Shown one piece after another: positions 39,201-52,325 of a stretch of 64,000 nucleotides of DNA. Source of the DNA: Thalia democratica (taxonomy: Eukaryota). Location: positions 89,528,001 to 89,592,000 of the forward strand of contig OZ241826.1 in the NCBI GenBank assembly GCA_965202585.1, in the 5' to 3' direction. The position numbers were made by a program, and so were the translations under genes. The notes beneath the pieces are model-generated. The model was not told the DNA's origin. It did not search any database and was given only the letters and a program-made list of their open reading frames with translations. How positions within the stretch are numbered: the first letter of the stretch is position 1; every line of letters starts with the position of its first letter.

Positions 39201-42200
39201 AACGTCTGAATAGCCAGGACACCACGGCTCATACTCGCTCGAACCTTCTTGAAATTCCACCTTCAACATGTTGTTGCTATCCACGGACATTTCTTCAACG
39301 GTCGCGACATCATCCAGGCACGCCCACTTTCCTCCGTTCTCCTCCTGATGATCCTTCGCTCGCTCCAACAACTGCAGGATCCAACTCAGTTTTTGCTTCT
39401 CATCTTCGAAATCGAAAAGCATAACTTTTAGTGTGTTTATTTAACGTGTCTGCTTTTTACACTAAGTAGATAACTGAATCATATAGTTTTTTGTTTTATT
39501 TAAAGGTTTTATAGGTGTTATTTACGATTACTGGATAACTGATTTCCATTTGATAATTTCACAGGTGTTATTTAAAACGTGTCTGTTAATAGTTTTTTAG
39601 TACACTTTTCAGGACAATTCATTATTTTAGACTATATACCAGTGGCGTCGCGTGGTATTTTTTTTAGATGGTGCACAATTTAAAAGAATATCAATTATTT
39701 TAATAAAAATATGTTTTTACTGTCAAGTTTGAAAACAACTGAACTTTTGCTACACCTGAAGATAAGCTTTGCTTTTAAGGGCATAGGGGGGATGAAACAA
39801 TTTGATCTTATTTTATGTAGTTTTTACTAAGCTACAAGATGCTTTTTACAGATTTTAAAAATTCAGTATATGTTTTAAGATATAGCCGGTCAAAGTCAAA
39901 GGCAACAAAAGGTTCATAATGGGAGGCACAAACTAAAACAGTGTTTTAAAAAATGTTTTAAACCCCCCCCTTTATGCCCTTAACATCTACTTTAGAATTA
40001 TTTTACTGAAATTACTTTATACAGTTTTAATTTAACTACAAGTCATCTTTTATCAATATAAAAAATTCTTAAAATTTTTGAGATATGGTAATTCACAGTC
40101 AGAGGTACAAATGAATCCTTATTTTTATAATATAAACTCAAACAACAAATAAATCAAATCACTAAAATCATATCTTTTTTTTATAAGTTGGCCTCAAAAT
40201 CTTTAGATGTTTCTTTGTTAAAACAAAAAAAAATTGCTAAATTAAATATTTAAAACACCAAGAAAATAAAAGTTAAATCAAAAATTTTTTTTTTGTATAT
40301 ATAAAAATATATATTGATACTTAAAAATTGAAAACTTCTCTTCAACAAAAGTATAAAGTTTAAAAAAAATTAAGATGAAAAAGTTTAATTAAAAATTGTT
40401 TTAAAAATGATGGAGAATATAGGTTTTCAGTAAAATTGTATTTTTTGCTGTTTTGGTTTGCTCCTTGTATAATAAACCATTGTACTCTCTGGCTTTGACT
40501 GGTTCTAACTAAAAGTTTAATTGGAAATTTCAAGTTTATTAAAGAGTAACTATTAGCTTTCTGAAAAAGTTAAAATAAGAACAACATGTAAAAAAGTGCC
40601 TATACACCCTCCCCCCTTACTCCTCACTAATTTGCACATTTTTTTTTACAAACATTAACATTTTTATTAACTTTTTTTCTAATTTTAATGTTTTTTGTTG
40701 GAGGTTTAAAATTCAAAAGTTTTTTAAGGATATCTTTTCTTTATTTAATATTTATTTGTTTTTCATTTTGATGACAGTAATTTTCTCAGGAGCTCAACTT
40801 TTTTAAGTTTAGTTGTGAGGCTGTTGAACTTTTCAAGAATTTTAAAGATAATTTATAAATATGTAACCATTATAGAAGTAAAAGTTTGGTTAGTTAGTTT
40901 TCATGTGGCCATAGGGGTAAAACACTTATTTTTTAATTTTAAATAACCTTGTTATTTTCAGAGTAAAAATTAAAACCGCTTTAGTCAGCCTGAATATTTT
41001 TCTAATTTGGTCTGTTTTAATTTATCTTGGGTCATCTTGAGTTTTTAACATTTCTAAGTTATCCTGATTATGAGGCAAGGCAATCATGTTTCAACAATTT
41101 TATCTAAAATGTTTGCTTTGTTTATGAAAAAATTAAACCAAAAGTTATATAAAGTAGAGGTAGACTAAATTTTCCTAAAATGTTAAACTACTCTAAGTAA
41201 CCAAAGTTTCTAAATTAAGGCTATTTACTTTATTTAAATATGTGATTGTTTCAATAATACTATTTTTTATTTAATATAAATCTAAAATATTTTTCTGTAA
41301 GAGTGAACTAGAAGTTTATAATAAGCTTCTTAATTCTTTTTTTCAGAACTTGAATTTTATTAACTTTATGATAATAATAATCAGTTATAGTTAAGTTTAT
41401 GTATGCAGATTAAAATAAAAAATCAAATTTTTAAGACTTTGGTGATTTAGGGTTTTTATCTTTTTTTTCAAAATATGCAACTTATGACAAATCTTTTAAT
41501 AGAAGTGATCTGTTAAATCTAAAAAATCATGTGGGTACATAAACTCAAGTTTAATCCTTTGCAGTAGCTTGCTTTGTTTTTATTTTATGTTTACAATAGC
41601 TTGTAGATGATACTTAAGCAAGTCCTGTTTTAGGGAATATTCAACTTAGCTTACTTACCGCAAGATATTGATTTTGCGGTAATTCTTGAAGAAATTTTGC
41701 TTTTTTGAGTTCATTTGCGGCAGTCAGCTAAGAGTTTGCGGCAGTGAAGTGGGCAAAATGGTCGTTTTCAAATTTGAAGTTTTAAAAGAGATTTCGTTCA
41801 AAAAAAATAACGAAAACGTTATAGATACTTTTTTTTTTCTTAGAAAATTTCAAGGTGGTGCAGTTGCGGTAGTGCAACACCCCACGCGACGCCCCTGCTA
41901 TATACCACGTCTATTTTATGTATGCATATATAATTTAATTAAACTATCATTGACAAAAAATAGTAAATTTAATTAGGTTGGGTACTTAAATTGTGTTACA
42001 CTGTAAACACTTTTGTTTTCCGTTTATTAATTTTTAACCCATTACCTTGTAAACGAAAATACAATATAACTACTAAATAAGTAAAAGTTATAAAATGTTA
42101 AAGCAGTAAAATGATCAAAGTTTTTTTTCTATAATTAAAAGAATTCTAAATATCTTGTTTAGATAGTTAGTTTTTCTAGATTAACAAACTGTAATGGTAT

Positions 42201-42879
42201 GTGAAAGATTTGAAAATGGTGCTTTTGGTGTTGGATTTTTTTGGTGACAATTAAAAATAAAAACTTCAAAGTGGTAAAATGAAAAATCTCGAATCAGCTA
42301 GTTGAAATATCTAAAATATTAGAAAAAGAAAATTAAAAATTAGTTTAAACAATGTTTAAATAAAGTTTTTAGATCGTTGTTTGCTATTTTTCCATAGTGA
42401 GATGAAAATAGTTGCTATTAATTCTAAAATTTCTATACATCTTAATAATATATATCTACAATTTTAAACCGTTTTTTATTTCCAGTGTCGAAAATAATGA
42501 AACCTCTTTCTCAAACAGTAAACTATCAAATTTATTTTAACATATTTCTATTTAGTTCTCGAAAGTTTTAGTTTTAATTTTAAATTACGTAACAGACTTC
42601 ATTGTAGTAAACGAACCTTTTAAAATAAGATGTTTATATTTAAAAACAGTCTATAAGTGGAAGGTAGAATAATAAAGAATATTTAACAAATGTATCTTAC
42701 ATCTAATTAATTATCAAAAAAAAAACTAATCTTAACAAAAAATATACTTACCACTAGTTTTCATTTCAAGGTTAAAGCAAAACATTAGAAAAAACTAAAA
42801 AATTGTCACCTGCGTGTTTTAAAGCCGTTTTCATAGGCATCGAACCACCATAGTTGTGAATTGAACGGTTATCTTCCAT
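34625..42879 (-). CDS. Kinase-C-lobe/orphan-domain gene, copy 3 (divergent 5' half); exons 42879-42810, 39403-39133, 38585-38538, 38404-38259, 36219-34625
   Basis: Phase-consistent splicing gives MEDNRSIHNYGGSMPMKTALKHADEKQKLSWILQLLERAKDH...VEEMSVDSNNMLKVEF...TWSLGVCVYYILNMNYPWSTADTEEDENFKRFV...KPSFEKLIENFKGCLSERGWNEVQ. I checked that the terminal-exon frame is open from 36219 into the listed 34625-36034 ORF. Confidence 0.8.
37255..38092. mobile_element. hAT-like MITE with GATCCGGCCGGAACCGGATCC subterminal arrays, inside an intron of gene copy 3
   Basis: TIRs TAGTGATATACCGGAC / GTCCGGTACATCATTA (reverse complement TAATGATGTACCGGAC). 8-bp TSD GTTTTAAA / TTTTTAAA (7/8 match). Confidence 0.8.
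39640..41897. mobile_element. hAT-like non-autonomous element (2,258 bp) in intron 1 of gene copy 3
   Basis: 16-bp TIRs CAGTGGCGTCGCGTGG / CCACGCGACGCCCCTG (1 mismatch). Perfect 8-bp TSD CTATATAC at 39632-39639 and 41898-41905. No transposase ORF. Confidence 0.9.
39779..39979. mobile_element. 201-bp TTAA-flanked MITE (Kolobok-like termini) nested in the hAT element
   Basis: TTAA-GGGCATAGGGGG...CCCCCCTTTATGCCC-TTAA. The interior matches one arm of the 49311-49960 foldback (gatatagccggtcaaagtcaaaggcaaca). Purine-starting termini with TTAA fit Kolobok better than piggyBac (CCC...GGG). Confidence 0.7.
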
Positions 42880-45800
42880 TTTCAGCTATTGTAAACAAAC
42901 TTGATGCTATTGTGCTTAACTTACCTGTAGTACCTAAACTTTGTGAGATTTCTAGGTAAGTATCTATCTTTGTACACCAACACTTTTTTATACTTATAAA
43001 ATGATACATTAGTAATTAAAATAAATTAACTGATTCAAGTGTTCATGTACTGTTTGTTTAATTTGTTTTAATTAGTTGTCAACTGTCAAATGTATACCAC
43101 TGTCAAAAAAATAACATTAAGTACAGTGACAAAGTATTAAAAATTAAAAAAAAAAAATTGTATTCAGTAGTATAGTAAGTATTAATATTTGATTATTTCA
43201 AAAAACATTTTAACAAAAATTTTAAAAATTTAGTAAAGCAAGTTTAAAAAGGTTTTGCTTTTTGATGAAAATACAAAAGGTAGTTAAATGATTTCTAAAT
43301 TTTCTTAATTATTATATTTGTATAAAAACTTAACTCTAAATATAAACCTAATGCTTACAAATATTTTATTTGCTTTTCAAAATAGTCGTCGAAAGTTCAT
43401 TAGTGATTAAATAAATTTGATATCAAAAAAATTACACTGATTTACAAAACCTAAACTTTTAATGCCATGAAAAAAAAGAAAATAAATGATCCAATAAATG
43501 ATCATTACTTATTCATTTTAATACTTCGAATAAAAACATTCTAATAGTTTAGTTTATGTGTTTTAGACGATTGAAATATATTAAATCTAAATTAATTGCA
43601 TTGTTTATAATTGGTTTTAAACGAAAAATAAAAATATTTAGGAAAAAAAAGCTAAAAAACAATTTAGGCAATAAAAATATAGCTACATTATTTATGATTT
43701 TTCTGAATGTTGATTAACTTTATTTAGTCTGAAAATTAAAAAATATAAAAATAAATACAAGTTAAGTCTATTGAAGAATACTTTTTCAATCTATTTCAAC
43801 TGCACAAAAATTTTTAGAAGCTTTTATAAATAATGTAACATTCAACATCAGTAAACTACTTGTAATTAATCTGAATTCCATTAAACAGTTTTTTAAACAA
43901 TTATCTTACTAATATCAACTTTTTGCACTGTTGTCATATAAGCAGTGGAAATTATAAAACTTAAAAAAATTATATTATCTAAAATTATTTTTTACACTGT
44001 ATTTACTTATTATTTGTTTTGGACACTGAAATTTTAAAGTTTAGTTTCCAACTTTAAATTAATTAGAAAAAAGTAACAAAAAATTAAATAACAGAATTTA
44101 TTAAATCTTTTAAGCTCAATTTAAAGTGATACTTAAACTTTTTTAATTAATTTAAAACAACTAAAATTTCAATATTTTCAAAAGTTAAAACTTTTCGGTA
44201 GTTAGTCACAATATTGTAATATTTTTACGTTTTTAGTAAAAATTTATATAAACGAACATGTAAAATATAACCAAAAACTGATATCATTATGAGGTTTTTT
44301 TGTTATTTTGAAGTGTAAATTTAAGACGTATTGATTAAAGTTTATTATTATGAAAAAAATGAAATACACTTACTAATAATTTTTAACAATATGTATAAAC
44401 GTAAGATATAAAATTAATTATAGTCTACAAAATAACAAACTAGTGTTTTTTTCTAGGTAAAAGAGATATAGTAATTAAAAGTTTTCTAAAAGTTCCATCT
44501 AATAGACTATTACTTGATAACAAAATCATAAAATGCTTTCTGTTTTAAACTATACATTTAAAGCTGAAGCTTTTAAATAATTTCAAGTTTATTTGAAGAT
44601 TGATTACTGAAAGCTCTAAAAAGTTATTAACATAAACAGGTTATAAATTTCACTAAGTTTATTGTATTTATTGTGTTATTAAGATTAAGTGTTATTTTAA
44701 ATTAGCAAAATTTCTTCGTTATATAATAAAAGTACTAATGCAAATTTAGAAAAAAATTTTGTACTATACTTAACCATTAATTTAAATTAAACCGCATTAA
44801 ACAGCTTACCTTAAGTTTAGATAAGTTAATCATTGGCTTTATCTAGTAGAACGATTTGTCATTAACTTGTTTTTAATAAGTTTATTTGGTTTGTTACATT
44901 TATAATTAAAAAAAAAATGTTTACTAGTAATGCTATAACTTTATTTTTTCTTATCGATAAAAAGTTAAAAATTGTATGGAAAAGAGAATGCAAACGACAT
45001 AAATCAAAACAAAATTTTGTACGTTAGTTTTATAATAAATTAACTAACTATTTTGACAATTTAATTTTTTTTGATCGCCGAAGTATTGCTTTTATAGTTG
45101 TTTAAGAAAAGTAACTAATAAGAAGGTTTTTAAAGACTTTATCCTATGTATAAAACCTTTTCTTTTTACAAACAAAAACTAAACTAAAAACAGTTACTTT
45201 ATTTTTAAGTTATACAAATTGAACTCATATAGTTGGTTTTTATTCTTAAGTACAATACTTCATAGAGTAAGACAAAACATAGATAGACACATTTATTAAA
45301 TGTTCACGAATTAAAACAAAAATATTTCAAAAACTTACTTTTTGATATCCGTAATAAATCTTTATCAGACTAAACAATAGCCACTGACAATATGCTTCTA
45401 CATAAGTTTTAAGATTTATTTTTACCTTTAAATTTTACTAGTTATAAACTTTACAACATTTTGAATTTTTATACTAAGAAAAAAATGTCTAATTGTTAAG
45501 TTAGTTTTTAATAGGTTGAATAATATACATGAAATATATAAACTTTATCCTTTTCACAAATAACACAAAAGCATTTTTTTTTCCTTTCTAAAATCTTTGC
45601 TTAAATCGCTATAAAATTATTATAAGTCAAAATTAATTTCACTATTTATTAATTATGTGTTAATTATATTAATAGTTTATACAGCGAAGACTAGTTCTTG
45701 CAAATTTTAAATTATTTAAATTTAATTTTAAATATAATACTAACTTTAGTAGTTTTAAGTTAGAATAAAACAGAAACGTAGTGTACAAAGAAATCTGTAT

Positions 45801-46829
45801 TTAATTAAAGATTTGTATTTAAAAAAGTCATGTATTAACTACTTTTACTATGCCACTTAAATTTTACACTGATAGAACTACGTGCAACATACCAATAACT
45901 ATCTAGCATAACTTTTACTCACTGAATGAAAACTATCAGTATATAAAAAACTAAAACTATTGATAAAACTTGCTTACAGAAAACAAATCTTTAAAGAAAT
46001 AAGCATGTTGTTAAACCATAAAGTTAAGAAATAAATTTATGTCTTTATAAAGTGGGCTGAATATTCTACACATGTGTCGCTGATTGGCTGATCTATTTAA
46101 ATAGAAATAAAACTATTCAACCGTAAATTTTGATGCTATTTATCATACTTTGGCACCACAAGTTATTACAAGTTAGCAAAACACTTGGTTTAAAATTCAA
46201 AGGTCTGTTAACAAATATTAGACCTTACTAGTTTCAGAAATTTGTATACAATTTAACTGTAATACATATGTATGTGTATATTAAATAATAATTTAAACTA
46301 GGATTATTTATGTTTACTGCTAATATAAGGTTATGAGTGGTGGGGTCCATTATTTTTGTATACAAATTCATAGTAATTACCTAGGATGAATTTGCCCCAA
46401 TGTCAAGCTGAAATTATATTGAGATAATGTCTATCTAACCATTATTTTAGGCTAAAAATCAATGTTTTATGCTAACTATGTTTAGCCTGAAATATACTTT
46501 GTATTAAACAACCTTTAAATACAAAGTGAGAATAAAATTTATTTATGATAAACTAAAGTATTCAAATAATTTTGTTTTACAATATCATAATCATAAAAAA
46601 TTGAAATCGTTTTATTGCTTTATATTGTTTAATAAAAGCGATTAAATATTTAAGTTTTATTAGTTTATGATATGTAACTCAATTTATGTACTTAGAAAGT
46701 ATAACTTTTTAGCCAAAAATTATAGTTAAGAATATATCAAATACAATATAATTTCAGTTAGATATTTGTGCAACATCATCCTAAGTAATAATCAAATTCA
46801 TATTAGCTTTTATGTAATAATATATATAT

Positions 46830-47067
46830 AGGGTTACCACACACTAACTAGCTCACGGAAATGTAAAATAATAGAAAATCTTAGGGAAACTAAGGAAATT
46901 TTTAAGTTTTTAAAACTCCGGGAAACTCAAAGCAGTTTTAAGATATTTATAAAAATCTCAGGAAAAATTTTAAACAGTTTATTAAAAGTATTTTTGGATT
47001 TAAGAAAAAATTCCGGGAAGGTTAAGGTTACTCACAGAAGACTTTATGACAAAGAGTGGCAAACAAG
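46830..47067. mobile_element. Decayed relative of the CAGGGTTGCCA-type MITE
   Basis: Starts agggttaccacac, ends agagtggcaaac, and has internal cagggaaa/cgggaaa-like repeats (inverse of the cctgac repeats at 11685-12665). Confidence 0.4.
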
Positions 47068-47722
47068 TATATATTAGGATTTAATTTATATTATTTCCAA
47101 CGCCAATTTTCTTAGATTTCGAAGAAAAGGTTACTAAAAGTATTTTATTCCTCCATTTTAAAGCAATTTACTAAAATTTTTCAGATTTTTTTTTTAATAT
47201 TACAACAACTTGTAGAAAGTATATTTATAAAAAAAAGTTAAAAGAAAATTATGATAAAAAAAGTGTCAACAAACTTTGCATCATGCTAGTAATTAGTTTC
47301 ACTAGTAAATGCCATTAGTGTCTTGATTTTAAGTAAGATTGCAAAACATCTTCAAATTGAGATATTTTATAAATCATCATTCTACAACCCGAAAGATATT
47401 CTGATATACCTGTTAAAAAAACTAAGAACATAATTCTAATTACAATTTTTTTTTTAAATTATAATTAGTAGTTAAAAATGTTTCCTACAAGTTGTTAAAA
47501 AATTGTTATGGTTACTCTGAGAAATTTTTATAACAATTGCTCAAAATAAGAAGGATAAGATAGATTTTTAGTGAAATCTTTTGTACTTGCCTTTTGAGTT
47601 TGCATTTAAAAAAAACTTATTGAACTCTCTAACTTTGATTGGTTGTAGCTTCAAAGTTACTTTTAATCAAAAAAATTAGTTAAAACTAACTGGTAGCTTA
47701 AAACATATATAAAAAAAAACAA

Positions 47723-48190
47723 TTGGATTTAATACATCAATTTGTATTAATTCCAAAATGGAAACTTAATCTCCCAAATAAAAAACCACTCACAAATAAT
47801 ACAGCAGAAAGTGCAAACGCCACAATCAAGACTAATACAGGAACATATACTTTAAAACCTTTGGAAGTGGTTGAAAATATTATGAAGCCTGTAGACATTC
47901 AGTTTATAGACATTAAAAAGTCCTTTTATAATGAAGGACAATTTAGGATACCCTAAAACAGTGCCCCAAAATTTAATCTTACTAAGCCACAATTAAACAC
48001 ACTTTTTTATCATTTTACTCCACCCACAACAACACATATAAGTTTCAACATGCAGGAAAACAAAGACTTTTAAAGCAGCATGGAAAAAACACCTTGTATA
48101 CATAAACGGTAGACCTTATGTACAATCAACAGACAAAACAATTACAGCTAGAAACCAGTTAAAAAACCAAGAAAACAACAAAAGTACTAG
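47723..48190 (+). pseudogene. Probable degenerate Mutator-like transposase C-terminal fragment
   Basis: LTNNTAESANATIK...LKPLEVVENIMKPVDIQFIDIKKSFYNEGQFRI resembles the TNNxxESxN..LK motif and following helix of MULE-type transposases. It is followed by stops and frameshifts. Recognised from memory, not from a search. Confidence 0.5.
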
Positions 48191-49139
48191 AGTTTTAAAT
48201 AGGGCTTTATAATGATCAGCTTAAGTTTTTTTTTCTCATTTTGAAATATTTTCACTCCTCATTTACAACACAGACACATATCTTTCTTAAAGCATACTTA
48301 TTTTTAGTTTAGTAACCTTTTAGAGGAAAACATATTAATTATTTTCTTCTTTTTACATTTACCATGCACACACACTTTAGAACAACTTTCTTTACTTTAT
48401 GTTTTTTCTTTCTTCATGTAAATATGTATATAAGTTTAAAAAATAAAAATATAAAAATACTTAAAAAAAAATATTTTCTTACTTGTAAACCTGTTAAAAA
48501 AAATCTTTTGTTTTTTATTTGTAAATACTTTTAAAATATGTACATAAATTTTTAAATTAAAAAGTTTGAGTTAATTTTTGATTAGTTAAAGATCAGTTAT
48601 TCATTTAGGTATTTTTTTTTCATATTAGAGTTAGTTTATTAAAGTTTTCTAAATAATTTTTGTGAAACACACTTAGATTTTGATTTAAAAAATTTGAGTT
48701 AATTTTTGGTTAGTTATAGGTCAGCTATTCATTAAGATTAAGTTTTATTTCTTGAAGTATTAGCTTATACTAATTACAGTTATAGTTAGTTTTAATTAAG
48801 TTCAGGTTAAATCTATAAAATAAAGTTCACAGGGTAACTTAGGCCTCTGATTGTTTTTATAACTTTGTTTTGGACCTAAAACATTGTTTGAACAACAGAT
48901 ATCTAATTAGCCACAAGAACTTATTTAAGGGTATAGGGGGTTAAAGCAAATCACTTCCATGTTTTTGTATATTTATATAACTATGATTCTTCCATTAAAT
49001 AAGCAAAAGGAAATTACAGTTGAGGGCAGGGGATTACATCCATGTAAGGTACTCACTAAATTTTTAAAACAAATGTATTTAATATTTAAAGGGTATCTTT
49101 AAGAAGTACGCATCCGTGTAAGGTACGCACAAATTTTTC

Positions 49140-50030
49140 AAAATAGTTATCTATTACACTCAAAGAGTATCTTCAAGAAGTATACATCCGTGTAAGGTAA
49201 GAATAAACTTAGGGTCATAGGGGGGTTAAAACATTTTTTTAGAAATAATTATTAGTTAAAGGTCAGTTATTCATTAAGATAAAAAGAAACCCCCCTGTAA
49301 GAATAAATTTAGGGGCATAGGGGAGTTAAAATATTTTTTATGTTTTAATGTAATTTTGTATTGTATAGTTTTTAATAAGCTACAAGTTGTTTTTTACAGA
49401 TTTTAAAAATTCAAAATAACTTTTGAGATATAGCCGGTCAAAGTCAAAGGCAACAATAGGTTCCATATGGGAGGCAAAACTAAAACAGCTAATAACTAGA
49501 AATCACTAAAAATATATCTTCTAGTATTTCCAGTAGTTTTTAAGATTACTACCACAAATATTTAGGAAATGTTTCTTGCAATATTTAAAAATACTGGTGC
49601 AAGAAATTATTAAAACTATAAAAAAATCTATATATAAAAAATTAAACATTTTTTTTTGTTTTTTGTTATAATTTTTTTTTTTGAAGAGAATTTTCTAAAC
49701 ATTGCAAGGAACATTTCCAAAAAATTTAAGGTATTTATCTCAAAAAACCTAGGAGGAGATAAATTCTTAGTGATTTCTTGTTATTTACTGTTTTAGTTGT
49801 GCCTCCGATAAGGAACCTATTGTTTCCTCCGACTTTGACCGGCTATATCTCAAAAATTGTTTCGATTTTTTTTAATCTGTAAATAGCATCTTGTAGCTCA
49901 GTAAAAACTATATAAAATAAGATCACATTGTGAAAAAGTGTTTTAACTCCCCTATGCCCTTAAACTTATCCTTACCTTACACGGATGCGTACTTCTTAAA
50001 GATATTTTTTGAATGTAATAGATAAATAAT
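49140..50030. mobile_element. ~890-bp foldback structure; core 49311-49960 has long inverted arms and GGGCATAGGGG termini
   Basis: Left gagatatagccggtcaaagtcaaaggcaacaataggttcc matches right ggaacctattgtttcctccgactttgaccggctatatctc. The outer flanks (aagaagtatacatccgtgtaaggtaag / cttaccttacacggatgcgtacttctt) are also inverted. Partial repeats of the ends occur at ~48925, ~49090 and ~49210. Confidence 0.75.
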
Positions 50031-50092
50031 AATAGGCTTTTTACTTATTTTTTTTATAATCATGTGTGCTTACTTACATAATTGTAAAAATA

Positions 50093-50171
50093 TGGCAGTT
50101 GTGGGCTTTGAACACTAACATAGGTGTTTCTGAGTAAAAGTATGCCGCCTTGACTGCTCGTCCAAGTTGCA
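50093..50171 (-). pseudogene. Decayed tRNA(Leu/Ser)-like sequence or tRNA-derived SINE head
   Basis: The minus strand has an A-box-like TGGACGAGCAGTCAAGG, a B-box-like GTGTTCAAAGCCC and a 3' CACAACTGCCA, as in type-II tRNAs. The stems do not pair cleanly. Confidence 0.5.
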
Positions 50172-52192
50172 TATGAACCGCACATTTTGGGTTCATAAAT
50201 GTAAGATTTTTAACAATTTTTCAAAAGGTTTTGCATTGAAATTTATTCATAAATACTAATTCAATAAAAGTATGATAACATAACTAGTTTATACCTATTT
50301 TGTTAACATAACAAGCCAACTAAATAAATACTTGAATTAATTTAATCATTGTATTTAATCAAGTATAATACTTGATACTTAAAAAAATACAAAACAACAA
50401 AACAAAAACTATACGTAATACACACAACAAGGTAATACATATAACAAACAAGATAATTGACTTACTTAAACTAAATAGTAGTAATAGTTATTTTAACTTA
50501 AACTATTATGCCTAAGTATAAGCTTAATATTTTAACCTACAATTAATAAACTTTTTTGAATCCTACGCTTACCCCTTACACTCATTTTATGTCTGATTTA
50601 TATGGATCTCATAAAATTTTCTCCTTTATTAAACTAATTATTTATTATTTTTAGAGTTTTTTTTTAATAATTTTAAAACTTTTTCATCTATACTTTTATG
50701 TTTATTTTCGCCAAAAAAAAATTACTGTAAGTTTATACTAAAAACCTGCTCGAATTTTTTTTTTCTACTATTTTTTATTTTTATATGATAAAAATCTCGA
50801 ATCAAGATGTTTTTTAAGCGTTTTGTGTTACTTTTTATTTAAAATTTTGTTTTCTCTTAGTGTTTTTAATGAAAACAGCTTTAACACAAATTATATTTAT
50901 TTTTTTAAAGTACAAACAATTAATAAAATTCATTACTAAACGGGTTATTAACCAATGAGAATTTAAAATAAAGTTTTTGAATGTACGAACCTTGATTTAA
51001 TCCTTTGGTAAACCTGTTTTGACCGTATATTTAATATTTTGTCAGTTATGTATTAAAGAGTTATAAGTAGAATTCAAAATGTTTTTAAAGTGTTTTCTTG
51101 TCTCTTTAAACGTTAAATTTTATTTATACCTAGTTTTTCTATTAACTTTTCATCAAAACATCTATTAATTATATTTTGATATTTACATATAAAAAATTAT
51201 CTATATATGACGTATAAACGACGTTTTATTGTTTATTTGATTTACAAAATGTACTAAATACCATTGTTTTTGTTAAAACTGATTAAGTTATAACGTTTAT
51301 AGGTTTTCTTTTATATTTTTTTGAGTTTTAACATGAAAATTTAATCACTATTGATTATTTTTTATTATTTTACCCAAAAGTACTTTTTTTTAATTGTTTA
51401 TTTTAAAATTTACTTAATTTTGGTTTTTTATAGTAATTATTAAAAAAATTAAGTAATACTTAGTGGTTTTTAACAACACTAATTTAGTTATTTAAAACTA
51501 ACTGTTTAATGTTGTATTACTTAGATTAGTTATTTTCAAGTTCACTTAATACATCTAAGTTAAGTTTAAAATATTAGAGTTTTTTTAGATTTTTTATTAA
51601 TAATATGTTTGCTTTTTTAATGTTATCGCTTCATTTTGTCCCTGGTTTCGTATTAATTTTGAATAATTTAATAAACTTTTATGCTCTTTAGCGCCAAAAA
51701 TTTAAAACAAATCAGCGACGCATTAGTGGAATATTCAGCAGTTATAAAGTTACTGAACACGCGTGAAGACACCATAAGTACATTAAGTATTGTTTTATTT
51801 ATATAATTTTTAATTATAGTTTATAAAAGGTATGGCTTTTAAACAAAGTTATAGGACTCAATAAAGTACATAGTATATAGTGTAAACACTAGAATACTTT
51901 AAACATTTTTTGAAATACTGTGAATCTTTTAAAGTAATTTAGTCGTTTTAACTTTGGTAAATAAAAGTGGGATGTGAATTAAAATGTCATAACTAATTGT
52001 ATAAACGTAGTGTGTATATTTTTTAGTAGCAAAAAACAAACGGTGTTTTGTTTGTTTAAAAAACATATATGATTGAAAAACATTTATTAAGCAAAAAAAA
52101 AATTTTAGCCATTTATTAAAATGTTGTGAACATATCCAATAAATTATATATGGGTAGGTGTCAAGCATGCAAGAAGATTTTTTTTTTTCAAA

Positions 52193-52325
52193 GGTCACTT
52201 TTGCTCGACATGACACTTTTGCACGAAGACACTTTTGTACGGTGTCAATTTTACACGAAAGGGTCACTTTTAAAAAAGAAAACTTTTGCTCGAATGGTCA
52301 CTTTTCCACGAAGACATTTTTGCAC
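52193..52325. repeat. Array of ~15-bp G(T/A)CACTTTTGCACGAA repeats, probably a subterminal region of a DNA transposon remnant
   Basis: About seven imperfect units, followed by acccttgaccctt / acccctaatcctt motifs at ~52390 and ~52512. No partner end found. Confidence 0.55.

Noticed and set aside
42888-42956. Plus-strand exon-like segment (ttttcag|...TCTAG|gtaagt)
   Set aside because: It has no partner exons and lies immediately upstream of the minus-strand first exon of copy 3. It is probably chance.
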